Assembly (NCBI GenBank): GCA_951406725.2
Contig: OX597815.1
Location: 41,974,001-42,038,000, forward strand
Reading direction: 5' to 3'
Length of the DNA stretch: 64,000 nucleotides
Origin: Octopus vulgaris
Lineage: Eukaryota
Position 1 is the stretch's first letter, and each line of letters begins with the position of its first letter. Shown piece after piece: positions 1-13,565 of the stretch. A program made the translations under genes and the position numbers. The notes below the pieces were generated by a model, which saw nothing but the letters and a program-made list of their open reading frames with translations, did not search any database and was not told the DNA's origin.

Positions 1-888
1 TTGATCAGGAAATTTTTTTGTTCAAGATGTACCTTGCTCTGGCCAGCCAACTGAAATTAACAGCAACAAAGTGAAGGAGTTAGTTAAAACTAACCCCATT
101 ATATGATCAGGATGATCACAGACATTCTCCAAATATCCAAACTGAGTGTTGAAAACCATCTGCATCAACTTGGTTACATCAGCATGGCTCAATGTTTGGG
201 TCCCACATCAATTGAGTGAGGAGAACATGGCCCAACAAATGTCAATCTGTGATACATTGCAAATGCATGAAGGAAACAATCCTTTTTTTAAAGAGAATGG
301 TAACAGAGAACAAAAAAATGGATTGTCTATAACAATGTAAAGCACAAACAATCATGGGGGAAGCATGGCAAACTACCAAAAACAGCCTACAAAGCAAGAC
401 TTCCTCCGAAGAAGGTTATGCTTTCAATTTGATGGGATTGGAAATGTACCATCTTTTATGAGCTTCTTCCCATGAACAGGATTATCAGTTTGGATGTGTA
501 CTGTGACCAGCTGGACAAATTAAATGCAGCAATCGACACTTCTTTGCAGTCACAGCAAAAGTTACTGGGGCTTGGATGGAAAGTTTTGTCTACCTTCCAT
601 ATTCACCTGACCAAGTACCTTCAGATTTTCACCTGTTTCAGTCTCTTCAAAATTCATTGAATGGACAGACCTTCAACTGAAGAGAATATAAAAATTAATT
701 TGGAAAAGTTTTTCACCAGTAAAGACAGGAAATTCTTTGATCAAGGAATAATGGATCTACCCACAAGACTGCAAAAGGTACTGAAACAAAATGGCAATTA
801 CATCTTTTATTGAATTAATTGCTTGATGTTTAAAACTTGTCTTATTTTCCTTTAAAAAAGTGAAACATTTTTTTGACCAACTCAGTAT
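1..888 (+). mobile_element. Decayed mariner transposon (truncated at the window edge)
   Basis: WVPHQL motif and other frameshifted mariner transposase segments (YCDQLDKL, LGWKVL); TIR-like end near 870-888. Confidence 0.85.
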
Positions 889-1029
889 ATTACTAAATAT
901 AAATAACTTCAGTAAGAGTAAATTGCAACTTTTGTCAATATTTAAATGCAGTTTCTTTTTTTAGGTCATATTGAAAGTATTGTTTAAATGGTATGAGATA
1001 TGGGTATTAAATGTGTAAGATTTATAGAG

Positions 1030-1390
1030 GCTGAATCTGGTATGATTTGTTAGATGTCTAATGTTAACTTGCATGGAAGTTAGAGTACAACTGAGCTAAG
1101 CGAGTGGCTGGGCATAAAAAGCATCAGCCAATGTATGCAGGAAAGGTGGCTGTATTGGTTATGGATACATGATGAACAGTGAGTGTTGGGTGAAAAAAAG
1201 GGTTGTGTTAATAATAGAAAATGAATTGGTGGCAAAAGATATGGAAACAAATGGCACGAGCTGATTTGACAATGATGGGTTTCACAGACAAGTTGATCAT
1301 AAGTGGCAATATACCATATAATAGCACCTCCAAACCATGTCAACATAGAAAGAAAAAACATGTTTAAGAAAAATGATAACGATGATACTG
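1030..1390 (+). mobile_element. Highly decayed RTE-like LINE 3' fragment
   Basis: One frame reads ELSEWLGIKSISQCMQERWLYW, resembling the RTE C-terminal R-rich/WxGH region; ends in gatgat. Confidence 0.35.
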
Positions 1391-1655
1391 AGTGAATATA
1401 TAATTACATTATACATACAGAGGCTAAAGTAAACTTAATGAGGCATATCAAGCAATGTATAATTGTTATATAAAGATTAAAAGAACAAAAACTTGGGCAC
1501 ATGAACCAGCATATATGTAAATATTTTACTCTTTAGTAGAAAGATTGCCATTAAGTAGGACAAAAAACTGCAAACATTTGCTTTAAATGTTTACTGTGGC
1601 TGTATATTTGAAACCAGACAGGCTACAATAAATATAGCTGAGCAAATCTATCTCA

Positions 1656-1709
<54 letters not shown>

Positions 1710-1730
1710 CATATATATATATATACATAT

Positions 1731-1960
1731 GGAGGTGCAATGGCCTAGTGGTTAGGGCAGCGGACTTGCGGTCGGAGGATCGCGGTTTCGATTCCCAGAC
1801 CGGGCGTTGTGTGTGTTTATTGAGCGAAAACACCTAAAAGCTCCACGAGGCTCCGGCAGGAGGTGGTGATCCCTGCTGTACTCTTTCACCACTCTAAAGG
1901 CGGTGCTCCAGCATGGCCGCAGTCAAATGACTGAAACAAGTACAAAAAAAAAAAAAAAAA
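1731..1960 (+). mobile_element. Chimeric tRNA-derived SINE with poly(A) tail
   Basis: A box TGGCCTAGTGG, B-box-like TTCGATTCC; head matches the 40190 element, tail matches the 50400 family; ends in an A-run. Confidence 0.85.
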
Positions 1961-4758
1961 TACATACACATACAAGGAATATTGAAAATAAAGTGAAATA
2001 TTTTGAATAATATTTGTTTCTATTTTGTATTCCTTTTCCTCTAATGACACATCATTATCATTACTATTTTAATGTCTATTTTTCATATATGTTTTACATA
2101 AATGTCATTGGCAGACATTTTTTTTTTATATAAATATTTGAAAATTTCAAGATAAGCATATTTTCAAACTAGTTTTCTTTTCTAAAGTGAAGTGAAAAAA
2201 AACCCAAAAAAACTTTAGAGATTAACCAAACATTGTGAAGCAATATAAAGTTCTAACATGAATATTTTAGCAACTTTTGTAGTTACTTACTAAAGATTTT
2301 TATGCTTTATAAATAATAAAAATAAATGAAAAATGTTCTATGTTAAAGATTTAATAATCAAAATTCTGTCATGATTTTTTGTGTGAAAAATGAATATGAA
2401 TAAAATTAAAAAGCAGCACTAATGAATGTATATTTCAAAGATATTTTCTCCTCTTACCTCAACCAAAAAATGCAATACATAATCAAAATAATTACAAATC
2501 ATTTTAAAATAAATTACATGACTGTCACAAATAGGGACACTTTAGAAAAAAAAAAGAATAAAATAATGTACGTTAATCTCAAAAAAGGGAATCGACAGAT
2601 GAAAAAGTGAGAGTTTGGGCTATTCATTCTCAACCCATATGAATATTTTCATTGTAAGATTATTTTTTTAAAGACAATTTAGAATGTTTATTTTTGTCTC
2701 ACTTTTTTCTCTCTCAAGATGATGAGATTGTTCAAGAAGTTGTCATTACCCTATTGGTATGTTAAATAACTACATAGAAGCTCATTCTGAATGATAAAAT
2801 AATGATTATTTGAATTTATGGAAAGTATTTAAAAGTGTTTAAATGACAATTTGAGGAAAAAGATAAGCAATATCTTGTATCAAAAGTGTAACAAATAGGT
2901 AGAATAGATCATCCATATCCTGAATAAATGTGATACAGAAGCCAACAGAAAGAAAGAAATATGTAATGAGAATTTTTGTTACACAGAAAAATTAGCAGTA
3001 AGGCACATCGGCTAGTCATCAATAAAATAACACTAAAATGATGTGTCTTACATGTATGGAAGAAAACATTGATACATGGTACCAGGGGGTTTGTTAAAAA
3101 TAATACTAGAACTATCTATTAAGAATGAAAAGCTCACTAAATTTTAATTTGAGAATTGAAATGGAGCTTCTGGGAAAGCTAAACCAATGGACAGAGTCTG
3201 AACTTGTGTGTTGCTAAATGCTAAGATGGAAATAGTTAAATAGTTTGAAAAAACCTTTATGTGCATTACATGTTGGCAGGAAAATAATACATTTGAAACC
3301 TTTTACACAAACATCCATTATAGCAAAAGAAAGATTGCAAATGATTGGAAGACTGGTATTACCAATTAATTGGATGGATTGGATAAGAAGCAATGGGACA
3401 CTACTCCTTAATCGTTGAGCCTTAATTGTAGCCTTCCACTAATCTAGACATACTGACGGAATATTAATTCCTTGTAATGAGATATTATAAAATTGTTGGC
3501 TTTATGTTGGTCTATAAAAAGCAGCCTGGTTACTTAAAGAACAATGTATTAATGTATATGTATCTTTCAGCTGGAATTCATTTGTCAGTACCAAACTGAA
3601 GAAAACGTTATCTCTTTAAGTTAACAGTTTGTTTCTGTTGTTTATGAACAGAATAAAATGATTGTTGACTTTTGCATGGTTTAAAAAATGATGTTTTATG
3701 ATTATATTTTTAGATTTTAGCATTGAAAACATGCTGTATCAGTTCTAGCAATTTTGATATAATGCTAGTTTTAAGTTCGGCAAACAGTATTAAAAAGTAG
3801 CATGAGGCATTCATAGATGGTGTGATGCTTCTAGAATATTAATTGTCAAGAGATCAGTAAGAAAGCTTTGCAAAAAAAAAAAAAAAAAAGTAATAACCAG
3901 AAAAATCATTTATTATTCAGAAATATATCAAATTATTATCCAACAATAAGTTTATGATGGTGGAATTCCAATAAAGTAATTTTTCAAAATTTTGTTTTCA
4001 AAGCAAAGTTTTCTAAAATAAAATACAGCATCTCTGACATTACATAATATTTTTTTCTGTTTTAAACAAGTGGTTTCCAACAGTTCTATCATCCCATCAC
4101 CCTATCTCTGTATGCTTAAGGTATGTGACACCTTTGTTTTATTCTAATAGAGAAAATATAAGGGCCAGAAGAAAACCTGCTGTGCCCTTAGTGCTATTTT
4201 CTCACTATCTTCCAGTTTTGGAATATAGACTGACATTTTTTTTCAATTTTATTATTTAAATTTAAAAGCTCATGACATTTCAAAGTGAAGTAGATAGAGC
4301 TATCTGTTACACCCTGAGGTGTTATGATAACTCTGTTGGAAACCTCTGTTTTAAGCAAAAGCACTTTTAAAAAAAATTATTTTAATAGAAAAGAAAAGCA
4401 GCTCAATGAGTGAGTGGTGGTGACACTGAATTTTACAGCTTAATTTTATTTCTTATCAGAAATAGCATAGCATTTCATCATTTGAACAGCAATAAAATAA
4501 GTACCAATATTATTCAGAGCTATAGGGAGCTATTTTGATATGTTGTAATAATGCTACATGTAGCAGTTGTGTAATTGGGAAACAATCTCTTATACTAAGT
4601 TATGTGTGTGTCAAATTTAATACAAATACACAACCAAAAGAGCTAATAATTTCATGCTTTAATGATACTTGAACAGGCATATTTATAAAATACACCATGT
4701 ATCTTATAGCTATCTTTCAGGCTCTGTTTATGCATTATATATGTATGTGTGTGTGTGC

Positions 4759-4795
<37 letters not shown>

Positions 4796-5029
4796 CACAC
4801 ACGATTAGAAAGAAAGTCCTGTCACATTTTTGCATTTTTGAAACAATGACTTAGAGGGGAATTTTTCAATACTTACAGTGAAATAAACATTGATTTTTAC
4901 ATTCTGATGTTTTTTATTTTCTTTCTTTGCAGATTACTTTATAATATAGTAACATCTGTATTGATTTTACCCTCAGATGCTGCATGCTTTATAGATTCAA
5001 AATAGACTCTTTGGCAATGGAAAGTGGTA

Positions 5030-6026
5030 AGAAATATTTATTCTGTCTGGACATGCCAAAGATGGTTTGGCTAGTTTAGCTCAGGAATTTTTTTTGTTTG
5101 TTTTTGTAGATTCCCTTGATCTGGGTAACCAAGTTCTGCCAGCCGTGAGCTTCTGAGAACCATAAATGAGGAAAATCCTTAGTAAAATGCATTAGGACTA
5201 GAAAAACAGTTCAGGTCAAGACAAACTTCCAAAATAAAACACTTTCATAAATTTGGTGCTTATGTTACAAGTTGGTGCATGTTCCTTCATCCTCTGAGTG
5301 CTTCTCAGCTTAATTGAAGAGTCGCTTACTACTTGTCCTTGAAGAGTAGACTTGCTACCGAATCTTTCCAGGTACAATCATCACAAGTAATGAAAAGTGG
5401 ATTCTCTATAGCCATAGCCAAAGAAAATGACAATGGTTAGCACCCAATGAAGAAGAACAATTCACCCCCAAACCAGGGCTACACATAAAAAAAGTTATGT
5501 TCTGTGTTTGGTGGGATATGAAGGGTGTTGTTGTCATGGTATTAAATAAAAACTAAATAGTTAATGCAAAAAAGCATTGTCATCAACTGGAGGCATTGGA
5601 CGAAAATTTGTAGAAAAAGCACCTGTCATTGGTCAATCATAAAGTGTGTTGCTTTTACATGATAATGTAAGGCTACATATTGTCTAAGTTACGCAGGAAA
5701 AGATTATGGCACTAAATATGGAAGTTTTGCCTCATCCTCCTTACTCTCTTAATCTTGCTCCTTCAGACTACCATCTTTTTAGATCATGGCAACATTATTT
5801 TGAGGGAAAACAGTTTATTAATTGTGAAGAGGTTAAAATATTGAATGTTGCTCAGCTTCAAAACCTGAAAACTTTTACACCTGAGGGGATCGACAATTTT
5901 TCAAATAGATGGGATTAAGTTATCAATAATGAGGGGAAATATCTTGATTAAATATATAAATTAAGACCAAGGAAGCATTTGTTTCTTTCAAAACTTCAAA
6001 TGTGACAAGACTTTTTTTCCCAACCT

Positions 6027-6027
<1 letters not shown>
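5030..6027 (+). mobile_element. Decayed mariner transposon
   Basis: ORF 5706..5918 has HPPYSLNLAPSDYHLFRS (mariner YSPDLAPxD motif); upstream KKVMFCVWWD fragment; TIR-like end before (TG)n(TA)n. Confidence 0.9.
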
Positions 6028-6076
<49 letters not shown>

Positions 6077-6825
6077 TGAAATTAAATGAAAGCTCAAATG
6101 ATTAACAGCTAGTGGCATTAATCATTTGGATCTTTCTGTCATCATAAATACTTCTAGACATACCTAGTGGTTTGAATAGTTGCAGAACTGGCTTCTATAA
6201 ATTCTGTTGTATTTCAACTGTTATAAAAACATAATTATACCATATTTGGCAGAAATATATTAAAACCACTTAGACAACTATGGAACTTAACATCACTCTA
6301 AAAAGAATAAATATTTTTAATTCAAAGAATTTTCTGAACATATTTAATTAATTATATTTTACAATTTAAATATTTCATTTTTGTATCCAGTTATAATCTG
6401 AATCACGTGTACTTATTCTTAATAGAGAATATTTTTCTCATATAACATTTAAAGAAAATTATCTTTAAATACTGAATCATTAATGACTTACTGAATTTTA
6501 TTTTCTTGGTTTCTTTCAACCTGTATATTTCAACATATTTTGTCAAATCAGTTGGATACTTACTATCAATTGATAATATTCACATTAGGATACCTACATT
6601 TGGGTATTAGCCTAATCTTGTTCTCAGACATCTCACCAACTTTGTAGCATAATCAGCTTTATGGCTGTCCATTATTCATATATTGGTCATGTCTGGTCTG
6701 CAGCAAAAACCCCATTTTCTTTGAAACTGAAAAAGTTGTAATGCCATTTTGTCCAGTAATAAGCTAAACAAGCCACAGAGACATAATTCACCAGGCAATT
6801 GGTCTCTACCTGGTCAATCTAGGAA

Positions 6826-6978
6826 TTATAACAATATTGTAATATATATATATATATATATATCATATTGTAATTATAATATATAATATTGTTGCATTTA
6901 ATAATATTGTAATAACAATATTGTAATAACGATATTGCAATGTATAACAATATTGTAACAGTAATAATAACAATGTTT

Positions 6979-7012
<34 letters not shown>

Positions 7013-7500
7013 TTTTTGGATTTGGTTTGCAAGATTCTTTATATGAGTTCGTGTGTTGAAGCATATTCTGTTGTGTCTGGGGAGAGTCATTTTCTTTCTG
7101 TGCCTTATAATTCAACACACTCACCAGTAAAATTTCCACTTTTTTCTTATTTTTATTTTCCTAAAATTTTCGTTGCATCTTGCAACCTTTTCCAATAGTC
7201 AAGACTATTGAAAAGATAGCAAGATGCAATGAAAATTCTAGGAAAATAAAAGTAACAAATAAGAGGAAATTTTACCGGTGAGTGTGTTAAATTATAAGGC
7301 ACAAAAAGAAAGTGACTCTCCCCAGACACAACAGCATATATATATTGTAATTACAATATATAATATTGTAACATAACAATATTGTAATGAATAACAATAT
7401 TGTACCATATAGTAACATTGTAGTAGATAACAATATTGTAACATATAGCAATAATGTAACATATAGCAATATTGTAATGTATAACAATATTATAATTTAT
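6826..7500. repeat. TAACAATATTG-type minisatellite interrupted by a ~275-bp palindrome (7063-7339)
   Basis: Degenerate repeated aacaatattgta units on both sides; arms 7063-7200 and 7203-7339 are reverse complements with scattered mismatches. Confidence 0.9.
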
Positions 7501-8030
7501 AACAAGACTTATCACAAAAGGGTTCGAGTATTTGTTCTCAGAAGCCTGAAATATTGGACTTTTATTTTGATTGTCTTTTAAAAATATTATACTTGCCAGC
7601 AGTACCAAGTGCAATTTCTAAATGAATAAATTGTACTTTGCAAATAAATATGTTGAAGTAAATGTGTTTTTGCACATATTTTCATTTTAAAGAAGTGTGT
7701 TATACAGCAGCATACATGTTTTAAAGGGTCTTTTCTGACTTCCCTTTATCTTAGGAGTAAGTAAAACAATACTGATATTAATATTACAAATAAGCTTCAA
7801 TTTTCAACAATATGGGAAGATCGCATATAGCTAACAGTGCACCACACAAACTTTCCAGTTGAGATAAAGTAATGATTTGCAAAAATTTAGCAGCTACTTA
7901 CAGCCAGGCAATATTTATAAATTATTGAATTTTAGCTGATAAGTTTCAAATCATATATCATAATTCTTCTGGTGAATGTTAGTAAGAAAATAGTGACTAA
8001 TTTGTTCTCATTTACTTTCTGTTAAATATG

Positions 8031-8086
<56 letters not shown>

Positions 8087-8179
8087 CAGAGAGGGGAGAT
8101 GGCACATACACACATATTTGTATAAGTGTGTGTGTGTGTATGTGTATATATATATATATATATTTAACCATACATATAT

Positions 8180-8399
8180 TTATCCTAAGGTCAAATTGGT
8201 TCTGAGGTTAATAATTGTTAGGGATTTAGCCGGGGTCAACTTAAATATACCAATTTCATATAATGAAGATTTTGGATCAATCACTGTAGAATTTGGATCC
8301 ACATTGGCTTTGTCAGAATGAGCATCACCTTCTAAAACATCTTTCAAGAGTAAGGCAGATCCAACTTTCAAATTCAATAAAATACAAGCTTCTTTGAGT
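8180..8399 (-). CDS. RINT1: RINT1 last coding exon (LKEACILLNL...NLTLG*)
   Basis: Acceptor cattttcag; starts phase 2; TAA at 8182-8180. Confidence 0.93.
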
Positions 8400-8449
8400 C
8401 TGAAAATGAAAAAGAAATTTATATAAAATAAACTCAATAGTAAATACTG

Positions 8450-8662
8450 ATTTCAAATTTTGGCACAAGGCCAGCAATTTGGGGGTAGGGAGTAAGTTGG
8501 TTATATTAACTCCAGTGCTTAACTGGTACTTATTTTATTGACCTTGAAAGGATGAAAGGCAAAGTCGACCTTGGCAGAATTTGAACTCAGAATGTTAAAA
8601 CTGATGACATGCCACTAAGCATTTTGTCTGGCATACTAACGATTCTGCCAGCTCACCGCCTT
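8450..8662 (-). mobile_element. tRNA-derived SINE family with GGCGGTGAGCTGGCAGAA head; further copies near 11545, 15145(+), 23880, 35085, 35290, 45150(+), 46720, 61400
   Basis: B box GAGTTCAAATT and a shared AAGTACCAGTTGAGCACTGGGGTC core in all copies. Confidence 0.9.
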
Positions 8663-9475
8663 GTGAAAATATATAACCATTGTTACCACAACAACTAATA
8701 GTAACAAAATGCTATAACCAATAATAAGGTAGGAACTAAATCCTTTTTCCTTTTCCCAGTAACTGGCACCCATGCTGGTGACATGTAAAACACATCTTTT
8801 GAGTGTTGAGCATCACAGAGACAACGTCAAATGACCAAGACCTTTGGCAATATGCCTTGCTTGAGAAGAAGACCTGGCAAGCTAAGTGAAATCATAGTCA
8901 TGGCAGATACTATTGTCATGCAACTGGCACATAAATGCACCCATTACACACTTGGAATGGTTGGCGTTAGGAAGAGCATCCAGCCATAGAAACCATGCCA
9001 AATAAGACTGGTGTCTGGCGCAGCCCCTCAGCTTGCCAGCCCTGGTCAAAACATCCAACTCATGTCATCATGGACAACGGATGTTAAATGATGATGAAAG
9101 ATATTAATCCTTTTACTGCAGAAAGCACACATATTCACTCAAAATTTAATTACTCTTAAATGAGGAAAGCAGTTTTATAAACTGATTTATCTTTTACTGA
9201 GGAATGTCATATTTGAAACTATTTTCTTTTGAGATATGTCAAATTTATTGAGACAATACGACTTACAGGAAATATCAATTCTATTTTATTATATGCATTT
9301 AACATTATTAATGGAATTAACCATGATCTTGCAGTGAAAGGGTTAAGACGCTTTCTTGCTAAAAGCTGTCTATGTGTTTGCACAAGATAAGCAATACCCA
9401 AACCCTCTGAATCATAATGATTCACATGGCCTGGCACTAATCTCCAGCATTTATAGTGTTAAGTGGATAAGAGAC

Positions 9476-10800
9476 TGTTGTAACTTGTGTTGTCACTGTT
9501 ATATCCTTTATGTGTCGGTATATTAATACACTCACTTTGGTTATCGCAGAATTGCTATTAGCTCTGTAAGATATGACCTTCAACACAGTCTAACACATAC
9601 CCTCCTATTTATAGTGATTAGGTTATTTCATTTGTCACGTAGGAGGAATATACCATTATTACTAATTCCCTACAACATCTTCCCTTTTAAATTTTTCTTA
9701 GGAAGTATCATTTTATTTAGCAACAATATTTTTTATTCATCCCACCTCCCCCTTTTTTGAGTTTTTTTTTTTCTTTTTGTACAATTTGATATTTTTTTGC
9801 GCTTGGTATCTATTTTCAGAAACTCTGTATGTTTTCTTTTTCTCTCACTTGTACACCTGGGTTCAATCACCTGCAGTGGCATTGGTACTTAGAATGTATC
9901 GTACAACCATTCCATCAGTTCCACCAACTTCTTTGGCTCGCTTTCCACGAATCTCTTTTCCAGTTGGTTCCTGTGTCTCTTTTGTATGCCTTTTCTACTT
10001 TTTACCCAATATATCATTTTACTTATGCATTTGGTAATTACACCATCTTCCCAGCTCTGCTTTCCACTTCTGTATGCCCTCATATTCACCTTTGCACCAA
10101 TTCTATAGAATCTTGCTATGTCTTCCCTGGCACTTTTCTTTCTTGCCAGGGAGCAATTTATCAAAAACCGATTTTACTTTCTTCACAAACATCAGCTCTG
10201 CTGGTAAGCTACCTACTGGTGTATTCAAATTTGGTGTTACACAGTACACTCCTAAAATTTGTTGAAGAGCTACCTCATCCATGCTTTCCTTATTCAATTT
10301 TCTAAGGGCTCTTTTGAAGGCATCATAAAAGTGTTCTGCCTGTCCATTAAATCTGGGATGGTATGGCGCTGTAGTTATGTTTTACCGTCAACATTTCACA
10401 AATTTAAAAAAATTTGCTAGACACAAATTGTATTCCATTGTCAGACACTATCGCATCTGGGATGCCAAGTCTTGCAAACAATTCATGTAAAAAATTTATC
10501 ACAGTTGAGAAGGTTGGTTTTTTACACTTGCAAATTTCAGGCCTTTGTGACTGGTTTCAAAATTTCAGACCTTCAGAAAGGTCTACATGCAGTTACCAGC
10601 ATTTAAATACCAATTTTTCTCTGTTTGCATAGATTGGAATGAGTTCAGTTGCCATATATCATATCTCTTTTCGTATTTGCCATTTCATCTGTAATGCCAA
10701 ACACCAAGAGATCCGACATCATTTTGTTCCCTTGACTGACAGCATGTGAGAGTACTTCATCCATATCGATACAGTCAAATCTCTTTCATAAATTAGCCAA
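9476..10800 (-). mobile_element. Ty3/Gypsy LTR retrotransposon 3' remnant: integrase fragments, PPT and 3' LTR (9476-9677)
   Basis: Minus-strand integrase motifs IVSDNGIQF and TTAPYHPRFNGQAE; LTR bounded by TGTTGTA...TACAACA; purine tract AAAAGGGAAGA abuts the LTR. Confidence 0.85.
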
Positions 10801-10885
10801 TAGAGTTAAGACATCCTTTTTTTTTTAGAACACTTGTTATTAAAACAGTTAGCACTGGCATTACCAACTTCAAAGGAGATATCTA

Positions 10886-11188
<303 letters not shown>

Positions 11189-12163
11189 TCAAAATTCAAT
11201 CAATATAAATCATTTTAATAAAAATCAACAAATATCACTTCAATTTTTTTTTTCCCCAAAAAAAGTTTAACTGCTGTAAACAACAGATTTAAAAACTGTT
11301 TTTGGTGTTTTAAAATTTCCAAATTTTAATTTCATTACAAATAGAATATCTATACATGAAGAAACCTGCATAGCAATCTGTTACACTTCAATTTTATTTA
11401 TTTTCAGCAAGCATTTGAAATCTCACAAGAAATGGACGATGTGTAATTTCAGATGCTTTTAACCAATAACATGGGAAAATATTGAATGGATGATGACAAT
11501 GATGATGAAATGGTAGAGATGAAAATAAAATGAGATGTGACTGCTTTCAAAATTTGGCACAAGACCAGCAATTTTGGGAGAGTGGGGGCTAGTTGATTAG
11601 TGACCCCAGTGCTCAGCTGGTACTTATTCTATTGACCCTGAAAGGATGAAAGTCAAAGTTCACTTTGGTGGAATTTGAACTCAGAACAGATGAATGAAAT
11701 ATTGTTAAACATTTTGTCCATCATCATCATCATCATCATCATTTAGCGTCCGTTCTCCATGCTAGCATGGGTTGGACGGTTCAACTGGGGTCTGTGAAGC
11801 TGGAAGGCTTCATCAGGCCCAGTCAGATCTGGCAGTGTTTCTACGGCTGGATGAGGCTGGCAACGGACACGAAAGGATGGTGCTTTTACGTGCCACCAAC
11901 ACGGGGGCCAGACAGAGCTGGCAAACGGCCACGAAACGGATGGTGCTTTTACGTGTCACCGGCACGGGGCCAGTGTGCTAATAATTCTGCCAGCTCATTA
12001 ACATCTTTACAACACATCATCATCTTAACTGTTTAATGTCCATGTTCCATACTGACATGGACTGGACATGTAATGGCAAATACATTCCATAGCTGCTGGC
12101 ACTATTTATTTGAATTTTTAAAACAGTTTCAAAATCAATAGTAAAAAGCAATAATGATCTTAC

Positions 12164-12350
12164 CTCATCAAATATAAATTTGTTTAATTTTTCAGCTAAA
12201 CGTTGCCAGAATTGGTTGAATAAAGGTTTACTTATAAGACTTTCTACTGTTTGAAGGTGACTTTTCAGAATGAGAAACATTTCACAAGCTGTAGGAGACA
12301 AACCTTGGACTCCCCCTTGGACATCTTGTTGAGAAGGTAAAGTTATCCAT
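12164..12350 (-). CDS. RINT1: RINT1 coding exon 12 (WITLPSQQD...LSPTACEMF...KFIFDE)
   Basis: Acceptor ttatttacag, donor GAG|GTAAG; 187 nt, phase 2 to 0. Confidence 0.94.
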
Positions 12351-12955
12351 CTGTAAATAAAATAAGAAATCTATGTCATATAAACAGTCTAAAATACCTT
12401 TCTTAATCAACAAGGACTGGTAAGCACAGATATGGCAGTGTGGTTACAAGCTTGTTTCCTAGCCATGGGGTCTCAGGTTTGGTTTCACCACATGATATCT
12501 TGGGCAAGTGTCTTCTACTATAGCCCAGGACTGACCAAAGCACTGTGAGTGGATTTGGCAGACGGAAACTGAAAGAAGCCCATTGTACATGTATGTATAA
12601 CTGTACGTGTGTGTACATGCATATATACATCTATGTGAGTATGTCTTTATGTTTATCTTGTGTTAGTCCCCCACCACTGCTTAATAACCAATGTGGATTT
12701 GTTTACACCATAATATTGGGGTTGGTTTATTTAACTAAAACCCTTGAAGGCAGTGCTCTAGCATGGCCACAATCCAATGACTGAAACAAGTAAAATATAA
12801 AAATAATAGTAAAAAATAAATGCACAGGAAAAAAAAAGGAAAAAAGCAATAAAAAGAAAATGTTTCTCATTTGATATTTTTTCCCCCTCAATAATTAGCT
12901 TGACATAGAAATAAGCAGAAATAAACTGAGAGCAGCATTTAAAGATTTGTCTTAC

Positions 12956-13113
12956 CTGTCTTTGCGGTATGGTTGACTTCTAGCTTTCACATCAGTAAAA
13001 ACATATGTAATAACAGTCTTCAGCATGTCGCTTTTAAGCCTCTCAAATAAATCAATCATATCATCGAAAACAGTCTCTTCTAAAGAAATTAAAAACTGAG
13101 ACTCTAGTATAGC
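12956..13113 (-). CDS. RINT1: RINT1 coding exon 11 (AILESQFL...VFDDMIDLFERLK...PYRKDR)
   Basis: Acceptor ttccaaacag, donor AG|GTAAG; 158 nt, phase 0 to 2. Confidence 0.92.
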
Positions 13114-13526
13114 CTGTTTGGAAGAAAATAAATGATTTTTAAACTTTGATACAACGTCACAAATTTTGGAGGACATAATGAATGAAATCAACCCGAGCTT
13201 ATTCTATTGACCCTAGATGGATGAATACATAAAATGTAACACTGCTGCTACCTTCCCAATGCTGCAGTCTATGTCCAGTTTCTCAAACATCAAACTGATG
13301 TAAAATTTTGTCTATAAAATTCAATTGTTTTGCCTACTGCAATTTAAGCCAGTAGAACTTAGAAGATCATAGTAAGGACAGATAGAAAACTAAACATATT
13401 CTAGTAGAAAAAGAAAAGAGAAATAAAGAAGGCTTCTAACAATACAGAAAGTTTTACAAAAACCTTTATATTTTGGGTGCAAAGGCCTATCTTCAGAACG
13501 AAGCAGTCCACAAAATGTTTACTTAC

Positions 13527-13565
13527 ATTGATTTCATTATTTATCAAAGGTGTCTCAGAAACAAC
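13527..13565 (-). CDS. RINT1: Candidate 39-nt RINT1 exon (VVSETPLINNEIN)
   Basis: Acceptor tgactctcag, donor AAT|GTAAGT; phase 0 to 0, no stop; lies between exons 10 and 11. Supported by splice signals only. Confidence 0.45.

Noticed and set aside
1731-1805. tRNA-like sequences (also 22402, 27295, 40190, 50400)
   Set aside because: A and B boxes are present but there is no complete cloverleaf, and each continues into a SINE body; these are SINE heads, not tRNA genes.
4933-5026. Plus-strand segment with a good acceptor (ctttctttgcag) and donor (GTG|GTAAGA)
   Set aside because: Stops in all three frames and no partner exons identified; it could be a non-coding exon but cannot be supported from sequence alone.
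9777-10305. Plus-strand ORFs of 86 and 158 aa
   Set aside because: Antisense shadows of the Gypsy integrase remnant.
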